Positions 1 through 11,579 of a stretch of DNA of 64,000 bases are shown piece after piece (positions within the stretch are counted from its first letter, which is position 1; each line of letters begins with the position of its first letter). The notes beneath the pieces were generated by a model that saw nothing but the letters and a program-made list of their open reading frames with translations, had not been told where the DNA came from and did not search any database. The position numbers were made by a program, and so were the translations under genes. The stretch comes from Tubulanus polymorphus (taxonomy: Eukaryota > Animalia > Nemertea), in NCBI RefSeq assembly GCF_964204645.1, contig NC_134031.1, positions 16,293,807 through 16,357,806 of the forward strand, read 5' to 3'.

Positions 1-86
1 TCGTGAGTCAGATCTGAATCATTTCACTTTCAATTCTTTTACTCTAATGTTCAAAGACACCTATTTAACATCATTGATTCACTTAC

Positions 87-1379
87 GTCTGTATTTTATG
101 ATTATACATCAAAGTTTCAGCACCTTTTTCCGAGGCCAGAAACAAATATCCTTTTTCGAAATATTGCACATCAGGAGGATCCAAATCTGGAAATGAGCGC
201 AGCAGCCGCATTAACATTTTTACGAGTAGAAACGACGATTAGTAATAAACATAATGATCGTGGAGACACCGGAACCTACCGTATACACTTAGGTTTTGTT
301 TCACGTTCTTCAGAAATTCTGCACCAAACATCGACATGCGAATATTCTCCGGCAGAGAAAACTGTTGACGAATTCCGCCACACGAAAGAACGGTCGATGC
401 ACGAGTATACTGAATTAGAGTTAATGACATGATACCTTCTTTAATTAGATCCGAGCGAGTATACCATTATGATAAGAACCAATTAAGCATCCGTAAAAAC
501 ATAACCGTGCTTGCTTCACAGCATTGATGACATAGAATACATTGAAAAAAATAATTCATGAACTAAAAGCCATTTGGAATAAAGTTCATGGTTGAAAATA
601 TTGATAGAACATAGAACCACGACTTTTTTTCAAAAGATATCTTTTGACCAAGTGATAATAGATAGTGCCTTGAGCCTTTTACAGATATAAAAATATGTAT
701 TCTTTTGTAGTAGCTTATTTCGACATTTTTACTTACACTGCTATCCCTCTCTACAATCGTCACTTTCATGTCAAGATTTTTCTGCTTTAACCAGTAAGCA
801 ACTGCGGAGCCCATTATTCCCCCGCCGACTATCAAACAGTCCGTTTCTAACGGAACAATCTTATTTTCATCTACAATAGAAAAACATTTGACCATGATTA
901 AGGGGGCATAGGAGGAAAGAGAAGGAGAATGATGTTTGAAATTTCATGGCCAGACACTAGATTAGAACGCCGACAATGCAGCAGAGACCAGAGGCAGAGA
1001 GCACACAGAATAGCCGATAGGAATGGCTGTCAAGCCGCAAGTGGCAGTATGACCAGCATATTCTGGTCTGGCAAAAGGCTATGCTAACAGTACACTATAT
1101 ACTCTAAGCCCCTAAAGGTTCACAAACAACAAACTAACGAATATATAGCTGAATGAAAATTAAATTTGAATTTGATTGACTCAACCACCTACCGCTAAAT
1201 TCATTTTTAAGACTATTCCATCGGTTTTCAGTAGAATAATCGCCGACTTGTCGATTTCGGGATGTGTACGGATCGGATTCGTAAGCGTTTAGTCGGCCGC
1301 CGTTGTGAATTAAACGCAATAAACGTTTAATTCGGAAGCCCGAATTGAACCGTAAAATTCTTAACATGGGCGCGGCCAT
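87..1379 (-). CDS. FOXRED1: FAD-dependent oxidoreductase FOXRED1 (complex I assembly factor), 5' exons; gene runs off the window start
   Basis: GT-AG exons 1379-1193, 870-737, 409-280 and 186-87 give an Arg-rich mitochondrial-type presequence, [17 protein letters not shown] (GxGxxG FAD motif), [23 protein letters not shown] and GYLFLASE, matching FOXRED1. Confidence 0.9.
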
Positions 1380-1650
1380 CTTTAATTTCAATTAAAATTT
1401 ATTTAATCAAAACCTGTATAGTTTATTAGACAAAAGAATCTGCTCATTTAAGGGGCGATGATGTGCTGCGTATGAAAATGCGATTAATGTGAAAAAATAT
1501 GTTTAAAATAAAGATGGTTGTAAAGTTTTGTTTTCCCGAACCCCAAATTTCTGAGCGTCACCTGGCGGCATTAACCGTTACTATGTGTTAAAATGGCGAG
1601 CTCCATCGCTGATGATGTAAACAGAAACTTTCTGAGTGGAAATTTGAGAG
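1380..1650. promoter_or_regulatory. Probable bidirectional promoter FOXRED1/SMG7
   Basis: Head-to-head ATGs (1379 on -, 1651 on +) 271 bp apart; YY1-like AAGATGGCCG and AAAATGGCG motifs. Confidence 0.65.
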
Positions 1651-1658
1651 ATGAGTAA
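1593..1658 (+). other. 21-codon upstream ORF overlapping the SMG7 start codon out of frame
   Basis: aaaATGG at 1593 reads MASSIADDVNRNFLSGNLRDE-TAA (stop 1656-1658); SMG7 ATG is at 1651. Confidence 0.5.
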
Positions 1659-4600
1659 GACGACTGTGTCGCAGCTTTACAGGTCAGTTGTATTTAACAT
1701 CTGTAATTATCTGTGTATGTATTCCTTTTAAATCAGCGTTCATTCAAGATGAGATAGTAGCGATTAGTGCATGATTTGTTGCTCGGTGGTTCTTTCGTGT
1801 AGAAATTTGCAAATCGAAATCATATGGTTGGTTGGGGTCGAGTTCCAATCTGCATTGATTGTTGCCAAGATTATGGGTTCGTTTTCATCAATTCTTTCTT
1901 TAATTTTTTCAGACAAGCAGAATCGTTGAAATCTAAAATAGCAGGTAACTTTTTTAGTTTCCCCAAATTTGCCCAATTAATCGCACAATTTAAACCGTGT
2001 ATTGAATTTCACTTTTATTTAATCATCCAGATACATCATTTGGAAGTAACGAAGCTTGGACCTCTCGTCAGAGTTTGCAAGATATTTACCAGAAACTATT
2101 AGTAGTTGATTTGGAATATGCCTTGGATAAGAAAGTGGAACAGGATCTGTGAGTATTAAAGAGAAGCTGGAATGTGATCAAGTAGAATAAATTACGAGAC
2201 GATTGAATAGTACTAGGCCTATATAGGTTAACTATTTATTTGACGCACAAGCTTTCGCTACTAATTTATAGAAGTTTCATCCACTCACTCACCTGATGGA
2301 GTTACTATACATTAGTAGCGAAAGCTTGTGCGTTAAATCAAATTATTTACCTATAGTGCTACTCATCTCGCTATTTATTCTAAACCTGGTTAACACCCCT
2401 ACTCTACGAATGTGCTCAAAGAGAAATGTTAAAGTTCATAGATGCCAAAGTAATCTACTAACGCCCTTTGCTGAGTGACCTAGTTTTTTCCATACAACTG
2501 GCGCCGTATTTTGTGTGGCCCATTCTCATTAAATCGTCAAAAGATTGTTTACTTCTTGGCACAAAATGTGCCCTCTTCTCATCCTGTCTGACCAATGAAG
2601 ACAGGATACTAAAATAAAATGTAGAGTAGAGGTTTAAAACACATTTAGAAATGCAGCGCTGCACTTGGTAATTTTTCTAAGTAGTCAGGGGCAGCACCTT
2701 TCTATCAGTCACTTACTATTGTAGATTTATTGGAAACTGCTATATGGTCAGTCTTTCCGTATACACCAGAAATTATGATTTCTCTGTGATAAAAGCAACC
2801 GTATGAAAGGGCTGATATTGGGATATATAATGTCATACCGGCCTAGATATGTATGAAGTCTTACCTTTTTGCCTTTCAGTTGGAATCATGTTTTCAAAAA
2901 TCAGATTAATGCTATGCAATCACAAGCTAAAGACCGACAGGTAACGTACAACGTAAGTTCATTTTCCGATGAATCATTTCGTGTCGGGCTCTGTTTTGAA
3001 ATATGACTAAACCGGTCTATGAATTACAGAACGTGAAGAAGTCTGAAATTCAAGCGAGTCTCAATCTGTTTTTGGAAACCTCCAGTGGATTTTATGTGCA
3101 GGTTCGTAGTACGACAACGCTGCTTTCACTTTCGGGAATTTCCCCTCGAAGTTTGCCATTTCTGTAATTGCTTTCACTTTCTATTTCAGCTCCTCGAAGA
3201 ACTATGCAGTGCCTTTAAACTAGATCTCCCATTTCGAAAACAAGCCTCATTTTACGGAGTACTGAAAGGTAGCCACTAATTTTGAAGTCTTTAGATCCAC
3301 AAAACATGAACAAAGAATGCCTGAAATGCAATAAATTTTACAATAAAATGTTATAGATTATATTTGCGTTAAATAATCTTCATTGTTCGAATATTTGATT
3401 TTCCTCATTGTAGAATCTAGTACGGTCAAAGGAATCAAAATGCCGAAGAGAGTTTCAGCTATGTATATTGTGCAATATGCTTTAGTTCATTTGGGGGATA
3501 TAGGTAATTGACGTGGTGTTTCACATATATGAGTACACAGTGACTGATTCAGCTGAGCAAATCATCAGGTGTTGAATTTTCTATTGATTCTGTTTTTATT
3601 ACGTAGCGAGGTACAGACAGCAGATTGATCAAGCTCAGACGTACTACAGACACGCCGCTTCACTCGTACCTTCTAATGGTAACCATTCGATATTCATTAA
3701 TTGATTAACCCTTTCAGTGCCGACTAATTGATAATACAATACAAAAGTGCCGGAGATAATCTCAACGTCTCAAGAATTTCAACCCAGTGTGTTGAATAAC
3801 GGGTATACCACTGATATGCCTCTACACCGTGGTGCGGTGTATCGTTAGTTACTTTTATTTCACTGTTTGACAGATGCTGCCAACTTTCAATACCCGGTAG
3901 ATATCAAAACTAATTACTAATGACATCAATACGCCGCGAAGCGGTGTACTAGTGTCGCCCATTTATACACTGCACTGCAGTGTAGAATATGCGCTGAAAG
4001 GGTTAATTTACCAAGGAATATTGAGATTCATAAGTATCATTCCGTGTGTTCTCTATTCATAGGTCAACCGTACAATCAGTTAGCGATTCTGGAAGCGGCG
4101 AAAGGTAACAAATTGGCGACGGTTTTCTATTATATACGCAGTCTAGCAGTGAAACATCCTTTCCCTGTAGCCGCCACAAATTTGGAGAAATTCTACACAA
4201 AAGCTAGCAGAGAACCGTAAGTATAAGTTATCTTTTTTACGTGCGGCGGATTTCGATATATTCGATCAAAGAATCTGTGAAATTGTTGTAATTTTTGCGA
4301 TTTTCAGAATTGGTGACGCAAAGGGGAAATTATCTATGAATTCGATAGTGTCGTACTACCTTCACTTTCATGCATTGATACACCTGTGTTTAGGTAAGTA
4401 TTCATAAATACCAGGAATAAGAATGAATTGGAAATGCAGGCAAACCCCGCATCAATTCGTACTAATGGAATTTATTCAGATTTGGATCTGGCGAAGAAGC
4501 TGAGCGATCGTATCATTAATAATTTGGTCGTGCACATAAATTCGGCCAGTTTCAACGCTTATCGCCTCGTGCAAGTGGTCTCTATAAACATGTACGCTCT

Positions 4601-7600
4601 GCATCGTCTGCAAAAAGATAAGAAAGATCAGCTAAACGCGCAACAAGAGCGATGTCTCGAACTAATGCTTAATTTTACTGGTAAGTAATTTTCGATTGTA
4701 ATTACCGGTTCTATCAACAAGTCTATTTTGTTAACTGACTTATGTTTCGTATCGGCCGCTTTCAGTTTCATTGCTCGATCAGTTTTTGTGTAACATCCCG
4801 AAACAGGAACAGAAAGCGAAGGACTACCATACGTTACCCGCTATCAAACTACTGCTCGACTGGGTGAAATTAAACGACCAATGTCTGACGAAACAAACGT
4901 TCAAAAATTCGGCGTAAGTTCACAAAAATTTCGGCCGTATATCTTAATATCCTGGTGATCGCTTTTGAATCATCAATTGTCATTATTTTCTCTGCAGGAT
5001 TTTCTTCAACCTGTCCAGATTGTTGAACAATATACAAAGTCCGGATGCCGCTAAAGTTGATTTGGAAACATGTATGAATTCGGATTTAGTCCAATAATCA
5101 TCAAGTTAAGGCTATTCCATGCTGAAGTATTAGGCAAATATTTTATGATTTTCATTTGTAGATACTAACTGGCCACTACCGGAAGATTTGGATACGATTG
5201 GTTTCAAACCATTAGATGAATATCAAAGGTAAGAAGGACTTCAACAAAAAGACATGATGACAGAAAATTTGTTGAAAATTTTAACAGCGTAATTATTGTT
5301 GTTTTGTTATTAAGTGCGTTGGACTTCAATAAAAAACTCAGTGATGTTGTAACCGTGGAAACTGAAAATCGTCTACGATGTCATCGTTTGTTGGAACACG
5401 GAAAATGGATCAGCGAAAATTTCCCGAGGTAAGAATAGGGGCTGATCTAGGGGTGGTTATGAGGTCCTGACCCCTGCCTTCCCATCTAGGTTGCCGAGAC
5501 AGCAATCGTTAAAACCTATAAATTTGGCACTCATCCTTTCGGAAATTGCATCTTTCCAGATGGGTTTCTTCAAAAAATATCTAGCTCTTATATTGTAACC
5601 CCGCTTGTGGTATGGCTGCTTTATCCGAGGAATGCCATTTTCTTTTAGCCCCCCACCTTCTTATTTGTGTAGATTCATCCCTGAAGAATTATTTTACAAT
5701 GAGAACTTTCAATTGAAAATATGAATGTAAATTTGACGAGTTGACTGCGTTATCTTATAGCTTAAATTTGTTGAGTGTACAAGCTCTGAAATCTGGCAAA
5801 CTGCAGTTCCGTGTTCCGGGGGCACATGTGAAACTAGTGACTGGTGAGTTTCATATTTTATTCCATACTGTGCAACTCATGATTCATCGTGAAAATTGCT
5901 GAATATGAAAAAAAAATTTTAAATCTTTTCAGGAAGCGACAGTGAAAATGAAAAGACCGGAGCGGACAAGAAAACGTCGAGGCAGAATGTAGCGATTCAA
6001 GCGATTCTACAAAACAGTAAAACTGAAAACAGAATGGAGGTAAGGCAGATCATATTTAGTTCATCAGTGTTGCGGATAGTTTTTAGTTCTTAATCCTTTC
6101 AGTGATGACTAATTAGTACTCGAAAGTACTGTGGAGATAATTTTAAAAAGATTTTTTTAAAAGTTCCACCCCAATGCGCTGAACAACAGGCATACTGATA
6201 AAGTGTATTGTTGGTTACTAATATTTCACTAGGTTCTGCTATCTTTCAAAAGAGATAAAAACTTTTTCCTAAGAACAATCATACATCACTCGTGGTTAGA
6301 TTCTCAATGATATGGCATTTTACAGGGCAACAAAATTCTATCGGAGAGACCGAAGTCGGGAAAGAAATCCAACAGCGGAAAGTCAGGTCAACCGGTAATC
6401 GGCAAAGTTCAAATTCTGTCGCCGCCTCACAGCAAGAATCAACAGCAGCAAGGAAACCCGGTAATCAGCTACAGCGACGGAAACCGCTCGCGAAATAACT
6501 CGGCGAGCAGTCAACACAGTGACATGAGCTCGACGTCCAATCAGTCGATCGGGAATCACACGAATACGGTTAGAAAGAATTCGAATCCGTCTGCTAGTAA
6601 TGTACGATTGATAAATCAGCCGAGACACCAAACGCCGCATCCGCAGCAGTCGAATATCCCGTTACCCGAACAGAACCTAGCGAGTTTCCCTCCTTTACCG
6701 ACCAATTCGGTGAATGGAATCGGGCAACCGAGAGCTGGGTTTTATTCGGGCATGGCGCAGACCGGAGTTAACAGGATGCCGCGGCCACCGGCTAATGTCG
6801 ATCCCGATGTTCCACCGCCGGCGAGAATGTTCCCGTTGTTCTCGGCGCGACCCGAGAATAAATATCATCCGAATCATCCACCCCCTCCGTCGGCGGCGAC
6901 GTCGGAAACGCGTCTGAACTCGCAGCCCGATCCGAACATATTTCCCAACTACCCGTCACCCCCTTCAACGACTACAAATGGGCCGGTGATGTCCACAGGT
7001 GGCGGATACCCATTCATGTTCCCACCACCCCCACAGATACCACAGCAACCACAACAATTGATGAAGCCGGATTCAGGCAATTCAGGTATGTTTCATCAGT
7101 TACTCAGTCTGTGAAGAGTCCAGGCAAGTTTTCCGCATCAATGATCTCCATTGTCGGAATTGCTTTTCCAGGTGCGCGGATCGATTTGGGGAATCTGTTT
7201 CAAGAATATCAACAGCAGCCTCCTCAACAAGCGAACTGGCCGATCTATCGACCGAACGTTCCCCCGCCGCCATTCGGAATCCAGAATAACCGACCGATGG
7301 CGCCGCTTCCGCCTCATATGGATTACGATCCTTTGAAATCGTTGTTCAGTCAACCTCCGCCGGGTCATCCGTTATTCCCCGGATTTTCGCAGCAGGCGAG
7401 CAAAGAGGAAAGTATCGATATCTGGAAACCGAGTACGGCTGATTTAAATTTGAATATCGTGGTAAGGGCTAGCGTTAGATCTGTAAATGTCACATGTTTA
7501 TAGAATTCTGTACTACTTAGTTTCAGTGTTCCTTCACGTGATCAATGTTGTCTTATTACAGCAACACACTGCACCAAACAGGGACAGCACATTCTCCGCA

Positions 7601-8899
7601 CCCTCTAGACAATCTTATCACCTTCATGAGGTATATATCTCATTTTTGCATTGGCATAAACTGGTATCTTTTATTTGGAAAATTTCTCCGACAATAGCAA
7701 CATCATGCACCTCGTCCACCGTGCACATTTTCTCAACAACTCGTTCCAATTTTCGCATCGATTTCGTAGAATACATAGATTAACGATGATGGTAACTTCT
7801 ATCGACTGTTATGTATTTCAGACTGCACGTAACAACCTGGAACCAGTGGAAGACAACGGAAATAGGTATGAGCGTGATTCTGAAGCGTTCAATGTACATC
7901 AGTGGCGCTAGAAAGTTTGAAATTATGGTATTGTTGATATTTTCAGTTCGCTGTTTTCTTCTACTGACCAAACTGGTGTTGCGTCGTATTCATTATTCAG
8001 TCAGTCACCTTGGACTATGCCACCACCGAGACAGAAAATTGAGAATAAAGGTTTGTTTGATGAATGCTAGTTTCTTCACAGCTGTACCACACTAAACCCC
8101 AATGACTGGGTTACTAATTCGTTGTTTGATCTGAGATACGTGAAAATTTTACAAAATTGGAAATAATGTGACAGCGCATCATTTGTTTACAGGTGTTGGG
8201 TTCGACATGGTTTATAACGGAGAGTGTTCGAGTGGTCAATCGCAACCGGTACCGCAGCTGATTCCAGCGCCGCCCGATCATCATTCAGAACAAGATCAAT
8301 ACGCTGCCAATAACATGCAGGTTCGTTCATTTATCAACTTTTGAAAAATTGTTACATTTCTAGATGGATTCAGCAAATGTCCGTGTATTATCAGATAAGT
8401 GTTTGTGACAGGGTTCTTAAAGATCATGGAAAATCTTGGAATTCCAGGGGAAGGAAAAAAACGAGGGAATATTGACTCTTCTCTTTAAAATCATGGAAAA
8501 GTCGGGGCCTGGTTTTATAGACTGGTATTACCTTTAACCCAAGGACTAATTCAATTCATTTTCAATTGAGTTGGCCCCTGGGTTAAAGGTAATACCAGTC
8601 TATAAAACCGGCCCCGGTGATTTTGAAAAATAGCTCAGTCCTTTTGATTTTTTTGAAGCTCAGTGTTTTAGGGAGCAGTGTGAACAATCTTAAATTGTGC
8701 GGCAATGCCACCCTCGATGATAGCCCCTTACGACATTACAGTGTCCTTAAAAATTTGATGTCGAAATTGGTCCCATACTGAGAAAGGTTGAAAAGCATTC
8801 AAATTCTATGAATTTCAGTCATTGTGGTCGTCGGGTCCATCTCCACTAGAGAAACTACTCGAACAACAGAAACAACAACGTCAGAACGACCCGCATTGA
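1651..8899 (+). CDS. SMG7: Nonsense-mediated decay factor SMG7 (multi-exon)
   Basis: Exons give MSKTTVSQLYR/QAESLK, DLEYALDKKVEQDLWNHVFKNQI, ALVHLGDIARYR, GQPYNQLAIL, FYYIRSLAVKHPFPVAATNL (EST1/14-3-3-like region), a Pro-rich region, SYSLFSQSPW and C-terminal SLWSSGPSPLEKLLEQQKQQRQNDPH-TGA, like vertebrate SMG7. Confidence 0.93.
2219..2356. repeat. Long inverted repeat/hairpin (MITE-like) in SMG7 intron 3
   Basis: ACGCACAAGCTTTCGCTACTAAT ... ATTAGTAGCGAAAGCTTGTGCGT perfect arms with imperfect extension. Confidence 0.7.
3709..4002. mobile_element. piggyBac-like non-autonomous element; related copies at ~6090-6250 and ~21852-22031
   Basis: TTAA|CCCTTTCAGTGC ... GCGCTGAAAGGG|TTAA: TTAA target duplication and CCC/GGG terminal inverted repeats. 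Confidence 0.8.
8504..8615. mobile_element. Palindromic MITE; related copies ~29845-29948 and ~52819-52929
   Basis: GGGGCC-TGGTTTTATAGACTGGTATTACCTTTAACCC ... GGGTTAAAGGTAATACCAGTCTATAAAACC-GGCCCC, near-perfect inverted arms. Confidence 0.75.
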
Positions 8900-11579
8900 A
8901 GCCCGACGTCGTTCAACGATCTGACACGATCGATGGGTTCTACAGTCGTCTAAAAAACCAAATACAAAATACCAGAAATCGAGAAGAAAAAGAGAGAGAA
9001 ATACAAAAAAATACGCGACAAGAATGAGAACGACAGGAGAAAACAGAAACGACCAAGTCGAAAAAGAAGAGAACGGAGAAAGAAAATGGCGGAGGAATGT
9101 TTTAAGGCAAAATGTCTCCATCTTTCTCGTATAAAATGAATCGACAGTGGATTCAAAGCGATACGCAAAAAAATACACCAAAATAGATAAATAGAAACTA
9201 ATTCAGCCGATGATCATGAATCTATTATAATCGCGTGTGTGTTTAGAGCATAAACAAATGTTTCTATAGTCGAAGCACTGTTCGAGGGCTTTCGCGAGTA
9301 TAGCATCAGCAGACTATATATAGCGAACTAAAGGTGAAATACGTAAACGGCATCATATAGCAGTTTGGTGAATTGCTACGGTCGGTTACTTTCCATATAA
9401 TTTCATTCGTTATGTATTATTCTTAATTATAAGTGGAATATTACCGATATATATATATGTATATATATATCTAGCACAGCATTCGATACTTGAAATCGCT
9501 CCACTCCGTCTGTCTTAGTTGAGAAGAAAATTCGTAAGGAATCATCGAGCAATTGCTTGTTATTCGTATGCTCGCATCGTTATATTATGAGGGACAGGTT
9601 TCTGATGATGGAACAGACTGCATAAAGATACCGGAGTATTCCGTTCTTTTCGAAGTAAGTTCCGTCTTAGAAAATTACAGGGGTCAAGATATGGTAAGGT
9701 TATGTTTTTATCGAAAGTTGTTTTCAAACAAATGAAGGCGGTCTTTTATCAAGAATATATACCTTACGTATCAAGAAGCGCTTACGACTGAATACAGATT
9801 ATTCAAGAATATCCATAGTTCCGTATTAAAATACTTATCATCAACTTCAGCAGAAAACAAGAGCAATGCATCTACTTGCCGTAAACGCCTTTGGGCTCTT
9901 TAAGCCTGTATACATCAAAAAATAGTAAAATCATATTTGTGAGTTGCTCAGCAACGTTATTGCTTGAAGTATTGTGTACGGTTATATTTTTTTGGCTAAA
10001 AAGAATGTGTGACTCGGTGCGTGTATGTTCTAGTTGTTGGAATAAAATGATAAGTTGTACCAATAAGTGTTAGAATATTCAAAACTTGGCGTCACATTAC
10101 CAGTTGAGTATTCGATACTCGTTTGCAGTTATCTTGTGGTGGATTATAGTACATGTAGCTTGCAGGCAGGCCTTGTTATTGACATGATTACATTTAATCG
10201 ACATTTACCTATAAGAGATGCTTCAGATTTTGAAAGATGTTTTCGAAGAAATGAAGCATAAAACCCAGATGGACGTACGTTTTCGGAAGCGATCTCGACA
10301 TCGCTTTGGAATGCGTGTATCAACGAAAGGAATGATAGTTCAATCGAATTCTTCAGATTCGAGTAAATTTGTCGTTCGGAAATGGATATGTATGATAAAT
10401 TAGGGATTTGTATGAACGATAAAATTTCTCATGAAAGAAATGTATGCAGATCGTATGTATAATAAGGTGCGTTGTATGTGTGTGTGCTTGGAGTAATCAT
10501 CGAATTCAATGATAACTCCCAACGTGTGTGGGTGAGGTGTGTATGCGTTGCTTAAAATTTTCGTAGGTTCGTAACCAAAACTGATTAAATATAATAAGAT
10601 TCAGGAGATGAATTTAATAAGGGCTGTCTATTGAATCCATAAAGATAATTTGGTGTAAACTTAGCCTACAGGTCTGTGCAAATTGTGTGAGGCCGCTTTT
10701 GATTACTGGTTTGGTTTATAGTCTTCGAGTGAATGTTTGTATTATCAAGATTTGAAGTCTTTCTCGTTGCGTTTTGATTATCGTGTTCGCAGCTGAAACA
10801 ATGAAGATCATTGTTAAGTAATATGATAGCTTTTAACAGGAACATTTAAAGGGTGATGCTTTTTATTATTTGTAAATGTAGGTAGTTAATTACAATGTAC
10901 GTACTTCCGTTGCAGTATTCCAGCAGGCACTTCATAATTTTTCATGAAAACCGATGATGTAGGGGGTAATTGCGCTCTACTTCCTCTTAAGACCGAAGAT
11001 GGTTGTAACTTTCATAATTATTGTTATTATCTACACATGATGTATATTTCTAAAGCTAGACATTTTGGGTGCGGTAGTATTCAAACATTTTACCGATTCA
11101 ATGCATGGAATATTATTCATATAGAAGGTGGTTCAGTTGTTATTAAGATGTGTTGTCTTGTGTAGTGAATTTTTTCTCATTCATTTTGTTACACTGATAA
11201 CTGGAAATAAAGAGAGACTTCTATCTTGATCGCAGAAATTTTCAGACTTTTTTGATCGCAACCTCAAGACTGTTGGAGGAATACAAGTTCAATCTGCTTT
11301 TTTGCATATTCTGACCCTCCTGCTGCATAAAGTGTGGGTTTTATATCGGATTATTGTCCAATAGGGTATTAAATTTCTCTACTGGCCAAAAGAATATTCG
11401 CATTCTATCTGAAGTTAGGAAAAACGACATTTAGTACTGAATTGGCCACTGGCAAGTGACTGATTAGGTTACGACACAAATAGTAAAATTGTGGAGAACT
11501 CAGAGGCGATTTTCACTCGGTTGCTGTTCATAATAACACATTAATTCCTATAATATTGTGATAAAAACCAATTTGAAAG

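Noticed and set aside
6292-7503. Multiple overlapping ORFs on both strands
   Set aside because: Shadows of GC-rich, Pro-rich SMG7 exons
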